Of a stretch of 64,000 bases of DNA, positions 1 through 8,993 are shown piece after piece. Position 1 is the first letter of the stretch, and each line of letters starts with the position of its first letter. The notes below the pieces were generated by a model. It was not told where the DNA came from, did no database searches, and worked only from the letters and a program-made list of their open reading frames with translations. This DNA comes from an uncultured bacterium (GTDB taxonomy: Bacteria > Oederibacteriota > PGYV01 > CAWJRG01). Both the position numbers and the translations under genes were made by a program. The stretch is from NCBI GenBank assembly GCA_963845185.1, contig CAWJRG010000010.1, positions 389,297-453,296 on the forward strand, in the 5' to 3' direction.

Positions 1-1439
1 CCGGTTGTAATAAAAGTCGTGCCTCCTGAATTGTACTCTGTCATCAACACGTCTTTTGTGCCGGGCGCGCCGAATATCCTTGTCTGTATCCCGTTTATAA
101 ACGATTGCCAGTTTGTCCCGGAAGCCCAGTTGTCTGACTCAGCAAGCGTGACGGCTTCGTCTGTATTTGTCCAGTTCGGGTACAAATGGAAATCTATTCC
201 GTCGCATAGCCCGAGTTGGCCCTGCGCCTGCAAAACCCGCAGGAACCCCTCTATATACGAGTATCCGTCATACAGTTCTGAATTATTTTCTATGGAAGAT
301 ACAACAGGCCCGTATATTTTAATAGCGGGGTCAGCGGCCTTCATTGCCAGGGCTATCTGTATGTATTTATTGGCGTAATACTCTGCGTCATCCGGGCCGC
401 CTGTCTCCCACGCCCCGTCCTCCTCATTGCCGATGTGCCAGTATTTGATATTGTAGTGCTGCACATTATTGGCGTAGTTGACCCAGGCCGCTGCCTCCTG
501 CGGCGTGCCTGAGCCGAAATTTACCGTGATGAGCGGTTCCACATTGCTGCCCATGTTATGGACTATTGTTATAAATTCCTCAAATCCAAAATCAGGGTGG
601 CCTGCCGGGTTCGCGTCCTGGTTTGATATGTCGGTCGGCGAGGAAATAGTTTTTGTCTGTGTGTTGTAGTCATTTACGTTTACGGTCTGGGTGGTATTGT
701 TGTAAAAAAGCATAACTTCGTTCAGCCTGTAGCCCGTGCCTGAGCTTGTTTTAAACACAAACCTCAGGTTACGCGTGGACAGCACGTTAAAAGACTGCAC
801 GTCCACCCCTCCTGTACCGGCTGTCACGCTTTTAATTGTAGTCCAGTGGTTACCGGCTGCCTGGTGCGGCGCCCAGTCATAATCTCCTGTGTCTGTCCAT
901 CCCTGGATGTCATAGGACACCGCGTACGGCGAGCTCCAGTAAAGCACGGACGAGGTGACAAGGGTGTCGGAGTTGAAGTTTACTATGACGTACGGCTGCT
1001 GGCCGGCGTAAACATTGACCGTGTCCGAGCGCCACTGTGAAGCGTCCGAAGTATCCCCGTCGGTCAGTTTGGATGGTATATTATATGAGGACGATGTGCC
1101 CCTGTAATTGATAAGCCCCGGGAACCCGCGCGAATAAGCCGTTGACGACGGAACCCACACCCCGTCAGCGTTGTAGGCGCCAGTGCCGTTCCAGTGGTAA
1201 TCATCTGAAAGCGACCCGCCAGGGAACCTTAAAAACCTGCACCCTGCGTTGTAAACCTGATATGTCACGGCCGAATAACTGGCGTTTAGAATCCATATCA
1301 TTGTATTGTTGCCGTAAACATTGCCGTAATTAAAGCCGGCGACATCGGTGTTATAATCAACCAATATCGATGCTGTCGCGGCATAAACAGGGATTGAAAT
1401 TACGGTTATTGCGATTATTAAAAAGCATTTTTTCAGCAT
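1..1439 (-). CDS. Secreted glycoside hydrolase-like protein with discoidin/F5-8 type C-like carbohydrate-binding region. Partial: the C-terminus runs off the window start.
   Basis: My own minus-strand translation from ATG at 1439 (RBS GGAGA upstream) gives MLKKCFLIIAITVISIPVYA... with a signal peptide. It reads as an uninterrupted ORF to position 1. Motifs include WHIGNEEDGAWE (GNE acid/base-like, clan GH-A) and FHLYPNW. The track omits it because no stop lies in the window. Plus-strand ORFs 19..1333 are its antisense shadows. Confidence 0.6.
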   Translation of the reverse strand, partial: MLKKCFLIIAITVISIPVYAATASILVDYNTDVAGFNYGNVYGNNTMIWILNASYSAVTYQVYNAGCRFLRFPGGSLSDDYHWNGTGAYNADGVWVPSSTAYSRGFPGLINYRGTSSSYNIPSKLTDGDTSDASQWRSDTVNVYAGQQPYVIVNFNSDTLVTSSVLYWSSPYAVSYDIQGWTDTGDYDWAPHQAAGNHWTTIKSVTAGTGGVDVQSFNVLSTRNLRFVFKTSSGTGYRLNEVMLFYNNTTQTVNVNDYNTQTKTISSPTDISNQDANPAGHPDFGFEEFITIVHNMGSNVEPLITVNFGSGTPQEAAAWVNYANNVQHYNIKYWHIGNEEDGAWETGGPDDAEYYANKYIQIALAMKAADPAIKIYGPVVSSIENNSELYDGYSYIEGFLRVLQAQGQLGLCDGIDFHLYPNWTNTDEAVTLAESDNWASGTNWQSFINGIQTRIFGAPGTKDVLMTEYNSGGTTFITT

Positions 1440-1501
1440 GTCCCCATGGTCTCCATCTCTTCTTATGTTAAAAGGATATTATATAAATACAGCTGAATTT
1501 T

Positions 1502-2023
1502 TTATTGTTTGTTGAGGATCAGCGCGTTGGTGTTCGTGTACGTGCCGGTGCAGTATAAAATGCAGTCCCACATGTTCCACGTGCCTGTAATATTATGCGT
1601 CGTAAAATTCCCTTTGAAAGTTATGCCGTTGTTGTCGTCAACTGCGTTCAGCGAGGAACTGCTTATGGTCCCCACCATGCCATCCGGAGTCACAAGCGGC
1701 ACATAGCCGTCACTTCCGCCGTTACAGCTGCTCTGCACCGTCTGGTAATTTGAGGTTGAATAATTCAATGAAATATTGACCTTGTTTGAATCGCCGTTGT
1801 ATTTCGTAATAACCCACGTCATTGTCCAGCTTGCCTGCGCCGTTGTTTCAGGCACGCCGTTCATGCCGTTGCAAAAATCGCTCTGGTAATAAAATGTCAC
1901 GGGAATTGATGTTTTCCATGTGCCGATGAGATTCCTCGCCGGAGACAATAAGGAAGTCAGGCTGCATCCCACCATGAAAAGGGCAATAACTACAGCCAGC
2001 AAAAACAATAATAACTTTTTCAT
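1502..2023 (-). CDS. Small lipoprotein of unknown function (signal peptide plus MVGC lipobox).
   Basis: ORF MKKLLLFLLAVVIALFMVGCS with GGAGG RBS; N/T/S-rich mature part. Confidence 0.55.
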   Translation of the reverse strand: MKKLLLFLLAVVIALFMVGCSLTSLLSPARNLIGTWKTSIPVTFYYQSDFCNGMNGVPETTAQASWTMTWVITKYNGDSNKVNISLNYSTSNYQTVQSSCNGGSDGYVPLVTPDGMVGTISSSSLNAVDDNNGITFKGNFTTHNITGTWNMWDCILYCTGTYTNTNALILNKQ

Positions 2024-2273
2024 TTGCGCCTCCTGTTTTCCTTTTTGATTTACTTAATTCTATTTATATGATTAATTGTTATCTTATATAGCATAATTGA
2101 TAATTTAGTTTCTGTCAAGTATTTTGTTTGATTTTTTAAATCTTCCTCAAATACTATAATTCATTTTAATAGCTTAATTATTGGCATTTAGCAGCTATTT
2201 AAATGAACAAGCCCGTAGCTTGCGGCCACGGGCTTGTTACAATAATTTTATAACTTACTATTTAAAAACAAAT

Positions 2274-3254
2274 TTAATAAGTACGGGCAAAACGGAATCC
2301 GTAATCTAACATCGCATAATACGGGTTTTCAATGCCGCGGTTGCCCACCGGCATTACAGCCGCGCTATTGTCAAAACAGCCACCCCTTGCCACCCGGATG
2401 TCTGTAAGTGCGGCTCCTCTATAATCAGTGGATGTGCCGGGATAATTTCCAAAACAGTCCCAGCACCATTCATAAACATTTCCTGACATATCATAAATGC
2501 CAAGCGCGTTCGGTTTTTTGCTGCCTACGTCATGCGTAGCAGACCCTGAATCCTCGCTGCACCATCCTACAAGCTCCGTTGCCGTTAAATCGGTATAATC
2601 ATCAGTCGCGCCGCTGGCATAATCATACGGCGTCCAGCTTGACCCGTCTATGTAGCTTGCCGCACACTGATATTCGCCTTCTGTAGGCAGCCTGTATCCG
2701 TTCGCGCTCCAATTCACAAACGGGTTATCATAACTCCCTGCTGTTGTATTTATGCTGGCTCCATATGCCCCGTCTGTAGAATCCTCGATGGGCGTGGTAA
2801 AACCAGCTTCAGAATAATACACAGGCGTCAGCCCTGTTTTCAGACTGTACGCGTTGCACCAGACTATAGTATCCCGCCAGTTCACCATTATTACAGGCTG
2901 AAATTTTGCTGCTGTCGGCGCTGCTCCGTCTGTCCCGCTGCTGCCCTCCCTGCCTGCATTTTGAAAAGTAAAACCGTTGTTGATGGCCCATTGATAAACC
3001 GTGTACCACAACTCATATGTCACCTGGTACTTACCGATTTTAAAAGCAGAAATTGTATGGGTGAAGCCGTTTGTCCCGTCAGTTTGGTAAAATGTGCCGC
3101 CTGGAACCGATACAAGCGCTGAAGAATCAATCGTAGGTACAGGAGTCGCAGCCGGGGTTGTAGGCGATGAATTCTTTTTACTGCTGCAGCCTGTTATAAT
3201 ACTGAATAAAACAACAAATGCAATTAAAACAAAAAACAATACTGATTTTTTCAT
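2274..3254 (-). CDS. Surface lipoprotein with C-terminal FGE-sulfatase (SUMF1/formylglycine-generating-enzyme-like) domain.
   Basis: True start MKKSVLFFVLIAFVVLFSIITGCSSKK at 3254 (cat at 3252-3254, GGAGG RBS). Motifs GYRLPTEGEYQCAAS, GIYDMSGNVYEWCWD and RVARGGCFDN are typical of the SUMF1 family. Confidence 0.7.
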   Translation of the reverse strand: MKKSVLFFVLIAFVVLFSIITGCSSKKNSSPTTPAATPVPTIDSSALVSVPGGTFYQTDGTNGFTHTISAFKIGKYQVTYELWYTVYQWAINNGFTFQNAGREGSSGTDGAAPTAAKFQPVIMVNWRDTIVWCNAYSLKTGLTPVYYSEAGFTTPIEDSTDGAYGASINTTAGSYDNPFVNWSANGYRLPTEGEYQCAASYIDGSSWTPYDYASGATDDYTDLTATELVGWCSEDSGSATHDVGSKKPNALGIYDMSGNVYEWCWDCFGNYPGTSTDYRGAALTDIRVARGGCFDNSAAVMPVGNRGIENPYYAMLDYGFRFARTY

Positions 3255-3336
3255 CTGAAGCCTCCAGTTTTTACATTCGGTATTTGGTATTTTGGATTCA
3301 AATTCATGAATGCTGAATGCCAAATTGTTTTAAAAC

Positions 3337-4569
3337 CTACTGCGCCCACCACACGTCATTATAATAAACAGCGCCATTATCCCAGCCGGCTATTACCCAC
3401 ATAACATTGTTGTAAACAACACTTGTATGATAGGTTCTTACGGCAAATCCTGCCGCTGACGTTGCTTCTATCCATGTTATTCCGTCGCTTGAGTTCCATA
3501 TATCGTTCAAGAAACCACATGCTCCTGCCCCGCCTATCACCCAAATTAAGTTATTATATACCACGCTCGTATGGCCGTATCTCGCGCAAAATGCCGCGCC
3601 TGTTGTTGCAGGTGCCCAGTTTTTGCCGTCGGTTGAGCTCCAAACATCATTGTACCAGGCGCTGCCGTCTACACCGCCTATTACCCACATTTCATTTTTG
3701 AATACAACGCCGGAAAGATTCTGCCTGGCGTTGAAAGAAGCCGCTGTTGTGGTGCATCCCCAGTTTTTACCATCGCTTGAATACCACGCGTCATTTAAAA
3801 AACTGCTCCCATAACCGCCTATCACCCACATTTCATTGTTGAACACAACGCTGGTATGGTATGTCCTTGGTGTAAATGCGCCTGCGGTCGTGGTGCATCC
3901 CCAATTCACGCCGTTGCTGGAATACCAGACATCGCTGTGTACGCCGCTCCATGCACCGCCTATTACCCACATTAAATTATTGTATACCACACTTGTATGT
4001 CCGTACCTTACGCTGAATGCAGCGGATGCATTTGCTTCGTACCATGTAGTACCATTGCTGGAATACCATATGTCGTTGTAGTATTTACTGGCATCCATTC
4101 CGCCTATAACCCACATTTCATTGTTATATACCACGCTGGTATGGTTGCCCCTTGCGTTGAATCCTGGCGCCGCTGTCGATAACGCCCACATGCTGCCGGA
4201 TACAGGAGTGTATGTAATCGTAGCTGTTACTGTAACCGTGGGTGATATTGCCGGAGTAGAGGAAATAGTAAAAGTTGGCGTCCTTATCGTAGCTGTTGCT
4301 GTAATCGTGGGCGATATTGCCGGAGTAGAGGAAATAGTAAAAGTTGGCGTCCTTGTGGATGTCTTGGACCAATTCGGAGTGCCTGTAAACATTGCAGCCG
4401 TGGCTGTCTGGTGCAGTACAGCGTTTGTTGCGCTGGCAGCTGCAGTTTGTGTCATATTAGGCGTGTCTGTCGCCTGCGGTGCAACAGGGTTGCTTTTCTT
4501 CTTTGAGCAGGAATTGGAAAGGATTGCCAATAATAGAATTGCAATTGCGATTATCACGAGCTTTTTCAT
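3337..4569 (-). CDS. Surface lipoprotein, family member: conserved signal-peptide cassette, Thr/Pro/Ser-rich linker with 2x 23-aa tandem repeat, and a six-blade Kelch-type beta-propeller.
   Basis: Start MKKLVIIAIAILLLAILSNSCSKKK at 4569 (GGGAGG RBS). Repeated MWVIGG...WYSSDG..W blades. 69-nt tandem repeat at about 4238-4353. Confidence 0.75.
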   Translation of the reverse strand: MKKLVIIAIAILLLAILSNSCSKKKSNPVAPQATDTPNMTQTAAASATNAVLHQTATAAMFTGTPNWSKTSTRTPTFTISSTPAISPTITATATIRTPTFTISSTPAISPTVTVTATITYTPVSGSMWALSTAAPGFNARGNHTSVVYNNEMWVIGGMDASKYYNDIWYSSNGTTWYEANASAAFSVRYGHTSVVYNNLMWVIGGAWSGVHSDVWYSSNGVNWGCTTTAGAFTPRTYHTSVVFNNEMWVIGGYGSSFLNDAWYSSDGKNWGCTTTAASFNARQNLSGVVFKNEMWVIGGVDGSAWYNDVWSSTDGKNWAPATTGAAFCARYGHTSVVYNNLIWVIGGAGACGFLNDIWNSSDGITWIEATSAAGFAVRTYHTSVVYNNVMWVIAGWDNGAVYYNDVWWAQ

Positions 4570-4629
4570 GATTAATGCCTCCCTTTTTAATATTTTCATA
4601 TATTTTATCATTTATCCTGCTTCTGTCAA

Positions 4630-4658
4630 ACAAAAAAGCCCGGAGGTCATCCGGGCCT
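4630..4658 (-). terminator. Rho-independent terminator (GCCCGGA...TCCGGGC plus U-run). Representative of about 10 near-identical terminators after family genes.
   Basis: Similar aaaaaagcccgg...ccgggc hairpins at about 6238, 8872, 10522, 12292, 13937, 16330, 18902, 20395 and 21598. Confidence 0.6.
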
Positions 4659-4718
4659 TTTATAATTCCTTAATCAACTATCCACTTTCACCTGCTCAAC
4701 TTTCCCGCGCATCGCGCG

Positions 4719-6176
4719 CTACTGGCTCCACCACGAATCTGTCGGAAAAACATCGTAACTGCCCCATCCGTTCACTATCCACATTGCGTTGTTAAACACA
4801 ACGCAGCTTGCGCCTGCCCTCGCGCTGAAAGCAGCGCCGGAAGTCGCCTGCGTCCAGTTAAACCCGTTGTCCGAGTACCATACGTCATTGGTGCTGTTGT
4901 TCCCGGCTATTGCCAGCGTCTGGCCGGCAATGACCCATATCTTATTGTTATATACCACGCATGCGGCCAGAAACCTAGGCGTAAAGCCGGCGTTCCCCGT
5001 AGCGCCTGCCCAGTTTGCTCCGTCCGTGGACCACCAGACGTCGTTATAGAATATATTTTCTATGTTGTTGTATCCGCCGGTCAGCCACATGGACCCGTTA
5101 AATGCCACGCATGAAGGCCCTGCCCTTTTAATGAAAGGGGCCTCCGCTGTTGCCTCCTGCCAGTTTGCTCCGTCAGATGAATACCAGACGTCGTTAAAAT
5201 AGCCAACGCTGTCGCCTCCTGCTATCAACCACATTTTATTGTCATATACCACGCTGGCATGATAGCCCCTTAAGCCAAACGCCGCAGATGCGGTTGCCTC
5301 CTGCCAGTTTGCGCCGTCGTTTGAATACCATACGTCATTACAATAGCCTCCATAAATATTGCCTCCAATTACCCACATTTCGTTATTGAATACTACGCTG
5401 GAATGATAGGCTCTGCCGCTAAACCCGGCGCCTGCCGTTGCCTGCGTCCAGTTTGCGCCGTTGTTCGAATACCAGACATCGTTGTATAAATAGCGTGTTC
5501 CGGAAAGATAATATACCCCTCCTATGAGCCACATATTATTATTGTAAACCAGGCTCGTATATTCTCCCCTTCCGCTTATTCCTGTAGTGCCGGTTGCTTG
5601 CGTCCATACGCTGCCGGGCACAGGAGTAATAGTCGGGGTGTATGTCGGGGTTGAAGTGCTTGTCCACAAAGCAGCCGCGGCTGTCTGCTGTTGCGCAACT
5701 ATTGTCGCTATTGCCGCAGCAGTCTGTGTCGCATTTGGCGTTTGGGTATCTGTATATTCCGGCGTGACAGTAAACGTGCTCGTCGGGCTGTATCCTGCCG
5801 CTGCCGCTGTCTGCTGTGCCGCTATGCTCGTGGCTATCGCAGCTGATGTCTGCGTGGCATTTGGCGTAAGAGTATCAGTAAACGTGCTTGTCGGGCTAAA
5901 GCCCGCGGCTGCGGCTGTCTGCTGGGCAGCTATGATAGTTTCTATAGCCGCTATTGTCTGGCTTGCATTTGGAGTTGCCGTTATTGTCGGCGTGTTCGTA
6001 GGCGAGTAAAGTTTAATCGCCATTGTCTGCGTGGCGTTCGCGTTTGCCGTCGCCGCCAGTATCGCGCCAACTGTGCCCTGCACGTCCGGCGTGGATGGAG
6101 TTTTTGTTTTTGAGCAGGAATTGGAAAGGATTATGAATGATAAAATTGCGATTGCGGTTATCAAGGTTTTTTTCAT
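4719..6176 (-). CDS. Surface lipoprotein, family member: TQA-rich repeat linker plus Kelch-type beta-propeller.
   Basis: Start MKKTLITAIAILSFIILSNSCSKTKTPSTPDVQGTVGAI at 6176. Linker repeats NATQTAAAIATIVAQQQTAAAAGY. Blades MW(V/L)IGG...VWYS.DGANW. TAG stop at 4719-4721. Confidence 0.75.
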   Translation of the reverse strand: MKKTLITAIAILSFIILSNSCSKTKTPSTPDVQGTVGAILAATANANATQTMAIKLYSPTNTPTITATPNASQTIAAIETIIAAQQTAAAAGFSPTSTFTDTLTPNATQTSAAIATSIAAQQTAAAAGYSPTSTFTVTPEYTDTQTPNATQTAAAIATIVAQQQTAAAALWTSTSTPTYTPTITPVPGSVWTQATGTTGISGRGEYTSLVYNNNMWLIGGVYYLSGTRYLYNDVWYSNNGANWTQATAGAGFSGRAYHSSVVFNNEMWVIGGNIYGGYCNDVWYSNDGANWQEATASAAFGLRGYHASVVYDNKMWLIAGGDSVGYFNDVWYSSDGANWQEATAEAPFIKRAGPSCVAFNGSMWLTGGYNNIENIFYNDVWWSTDGANWAGATGNAGFTPRFLAACVVYNNKIWVIAGQTLAIAGNNSTNDVWYSDNGFNWTQATSGAAFSARAGASCVVFNNAMWIVNGWGSYDVFPTDSWWSQ

Positions 6177-6316
6177 GATTAATGCCTCCAGTTTGATATT
6201 TTTATATATTTTATCATTTACCCCGCTTCTGTCAAACAAAAAAGCCCGGAGTTTCGCCTCGGGCCTGTATTCTTTAATTGAGCTTTGAACTTTGAACCTT
6301 GAGCTTGGCAGTCAAC

Positions 6317-6883
6317 TTACGGGTGGAATTTTTCGACTCTGTAATTCCCGCTGTCCACTACATACACGTTCCCGCTGCTGTCTACTGCTACTCCATAAGG
6401 ACTGTTAAACTGGCCATTGCCGGTCCCGTAACTGCCCCATTGCGAAATATACACGCCTGTATTGCTGAATTTTTCTATCCTGTTGTTGCCTTGATCTACA
6501 ACAAACACATTTCCATTGCTGTCCACTGCTATCCCCTTTGGCCCGTTAAACTGCCCGTTGCCGCTTCCCTGAGTGCCCCACACGGTTACAAACATCGCGG
6601 TCATGGTAGCTGTTGCGTTTGCGTTGGCTACCATGGTGCATATTGCCTGGGCCGTCTGTGTAGCGTTCGGCTAGGCAGTTGACGTTGCCGTGACTGTCGG
6701 CGTGTGCGCGGCCACGGTCTGCGTCTCCTGCGCCGCCATCTGCGTGTCCACCGCCTCCACCGTCGCCTGCACGTTCTGCGTGGGCTGGGGCGTCGGTGCC
6801 GCAGGGTTGCTTGTCTTGCTGCAGCCTGCCAATGCCAAAATAACCGCCAAAACCACAGCCATGCACATTAATATTTTTTTCAT
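6317..6883 (-). pseudogene. Lipoprotein with NHL repeats, interrupted by an in-frame TAG at 6671-6673. The same lesion is present in the copy at 16519..16941.
   Basis: ORFs 6671..6895 (MKKILMCMAVVLAVILALAGCSK...) and 6317..6634 (NHL motifs NNRIEKF and YRVEKF) are in the same frame and separated only by one TAG. GGAGA RBS before ATG at 6883. Confidence 0.6.
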
Positions 6884-6956
6884 TATGTTCTCCATTTATT
6901 TTTAGCTTTGGCTGAATGCCGAATGCCAAATTCCGAATCCAAAATGTTATTTAAGC

Positions 6957-8810
6957 CTATGGTTTAAATTTTTGGATTATGCCACGATATCGATCCGACA
7001 CATAAACATCCCCGTTGTTGTCTGTTGCCATATAAGCGGGGTTGAGAAAATATCCATTCCCGGATCCTCCATAACCGCCCCATGAAGTTATAAACCCTCC
7101 GGATGACGTATATTCCTCGATTCTAACCGGCCCATTTCCCACTCCGTTATTATTCAGCACATACACAGTTCCGCTGCTATCTACAGTTATTCCATAATCC
7201 GACACGTTTTCAAAACCATCGCCCCATGAAGTTATAAACCCCCCCGATGATGTAAATTTCTGGATTCTTTCATTATTAGAATCCGCGACATACACATCAC
7301 CTGCGCTGTCTATAGCTATCCCAACTGGCCACGAAAACTGTCCGTTATCGGTTCCGGCGCTTCCCCATGATGTTATGAATGTTCCGGATGATGTGAATTC
7401 CTCTATCCTGTTATTACCCATATCCGTGGCATATACGTTACCGCTACTCATATTTACAGCTATTCCAATATAATAATCGAATCCATTTCCCCAGACAGTA
7501 TCAGAAGGCCAAAAATTCCCGTCTCCGAATCCTTGACCTCCCCATGCAGTTATGTATTGACCTGCGGTTGTAAATTTCACTATTAACCCAGTGTCGATAT
7601 TCCCGACGTATACATTACCGGCGTTGTCCAGAGCTAAGCCGGTGGACATTCCCATGCTCGGCCAACTGTTTATAGCTGCTCCCGATGAAGTGAATTCCTG
7701 TATTGTGCCATTTTGCGAGGCAGCAAACACATTTCCGCCGTTGTCAACTGCCAGTCCCTGCGCGCTGTCGAAACTCCATTGTGTCTGGAACATCGCCGTC
7801 ATTGTCGCTGTTTGCTGCACCGCGGCAGTGGCTGCCGCCGCCGCTGCCGTCTGCTGTGCTGCGGCTGTCGCTATCTGCTGCGCCGCGGCAGTTGCCGAAC
7901 AAATTGCCACCGCCGTTTCCGTACCCTGTATCTGCGCTGTTTGCGTGGCATATACCTGTGCCGTTGATGTTGCCTGCACCTGCGCTATTTCTGTCGCGAG
8001 CGCTTGAATTGCCTGCGCTGTTGCAGTAGCTATTGCATTAGCGTCAGGGGTTGGAGTATTTGTGATAGTCGGCGTATTAGTCGCAGTGCTTGTGCTTGTC
8101 CAACCCGCCGCCGCTGCTGTCTGCTGCTGCGCCACTATCGTAGCTATTGCTGCTGCTGTCTCTGTGGCGTTCGGTGTGAGCGTGTATGTGTCAGTCGGCA
8201 CCGTAGTATAGGTATTCGTAGCGCTGTAGCCTGCCGCTACTGCCGTCTGCTGCTGCGCTATCATTGTCAGTATGGCCGCCGCTGTCTGCGTCGCGTTTGG
8301 CGTCATTGTATTTGTAAAAGTGCTTGTTGCTGTATATCCTGCCGCTGCCGCTGTCTGCTGCTGCGCAACTGCCGTAAAAATCGCTGCCATTGTCTGAGTC
8401 GCATTCGGCGTAAGAGTATCAGTAAACGTGCTTGTAGGGCTGTATCCCGCGGCAGCCGCTGTCTCTTGCTGCGCTATTATAGTAAGTATAGCTGCCTGCG
8501 TAAGCGCCACATTCGGCGTGCTGGTGGCAGTATACCCTGCCGAAATAGCTGTCTGTTGCTGGGCAATCATGGTAAGTACTGCCGCTTCTGTCTGGGCAAT
8601 GTTCGGTGTCGCGCTGATTGTCGGAGTTGATGTTGGCGAATACAATTTTATGATTTCAGTCTGAGTGGCGTTTGCGTTTGCCGCTGCTGTCAGCGCCGCG
8701 TTCACCGTGGCTGCCACGTCCGGCGTAGACGGGGTTTTTGTTTTCGAGCAGGAATTGGAAAGGATTGTGAGTAGTAAGATTGTGACTGCGATTATCCCAA
8801 ACTTTTTCAT
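6957..8810 (-). CDS. Surface lipoprotein, family member: long TQA-rich repeat linker plus C-terminal NHL-repeat beta-propeller.
   Basis: Start MKKFGIIAVTILLLTILSNSCSKTKTPSTPDV at 8810 (cat at 8808-8810). About six ATQTAAAILTMIAQQQTA.AAGYTAT linker units. NHL motifs NNRIEEFTSSG and NERIQKFTSSG. Confidence 0.75.
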   Translation of the reverse strand: MKKFGIIAVTILLLTILSNSCSKTKTPSTPDVAATVNAALTAAANANATQTEIIKLYSPTSTPTISATPNIAQTEAAVLTMIAQQQTAISAGYTATSTPNVALTQAAILTIIAQQETAAAAGYSPTSTFTDTLTPNATQTMAAIFTAVAQQQTAAAAGYTATSTFTNTMTPNATQTAAAILTMIAQQQTAVAAGYSATNTYTTVPTDTYTLTPNATETAAAIATIVAQQQTAAAAGWTSTSTATNTPTITNTPTPDANAIATATAQAIQALATEIAQVQATSTAQVYATQTAQIQGTETAVAICSATAAAQQIATAAAQQTAAAAAATAAVQQTATMTAMFQTQWSFDSAQGLAVDNGGNVFAASQNGTIQEFTSSGAAINSWPSMGMSTGLALDNAGNVYVGNIDTGLIVKFTTAGQYITAWGGQGFGDGNFWPSDTVWGNGFDYYIGIAVNMSSGNVYATDMGNNRIEEFTSSGTFITSWGSAGTDNGQFSWPVGIAIDSAGDVYVADSNNERIQKFTSSGGFITSWGDGFENVSDYGITVDSSGTVYVLNNNGVGNGPVRIEEYTSSGGFITSWGGYGGSGNGYFLNPAYMATDNNGDVYVSDRYRGIIQKFKP

Positions 8811-8839
8811 GATTAATGCCTCCCTTTTAATATTTTCAT

Positions 8840-8870
8840 ATATTTTATCATTTATCCCGTTTCTGTCAAA
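8840..8870 (-). promoter_or_regulatory. Representative copy of the conserved family promoter (TTGACAG-16/17-TAAAAT) plus 5'UTR cassette. The RBS GGGAGG lies separately at 8817-8822.
   Basis: Near-identical copies lie upstream of the starts at 4569, 6176, 8810, 12229, 13877 and 18838. -35 tgtcaa at 8864-8869; -10 atttta at 8842-8847 (minus). Confidence 0.55.
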
Positions 8871-8993
8871 CAAAAAAGCCCGGAGCTTTCGCCCGGGCCC
8901 GTTGCTGTTTTTATTTGGATTTTGAATCAAAAATTCCTAGTTATCAATCGCCAATTTTCAATGAAAAACAATTCAGAAAAACAGGTTCAGCTA

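Noticed and set aside
19-1333. Plus-strand ORFs 19..378, 478..669, 846..1040 and 1142..1333
   Set aside because: They lie antisense to a long, motif-bearing minus-strand ORF (1..1439) that the track omitted for lack of an in-window stop. Odd composition and no RBS.
6250-6316. ttgaac/ttgagc short repeats (gagctttgaactttgaaccttgagcttgg). Similar strings occur in intergenic tails at 3290, 6905 and 18950, and inside the ParB-like gene at about 35440-35790.
   Set aside because: Low-complexity similarity only. In the ParB-like gene they encode the protein repeat. I could not establish a common element.
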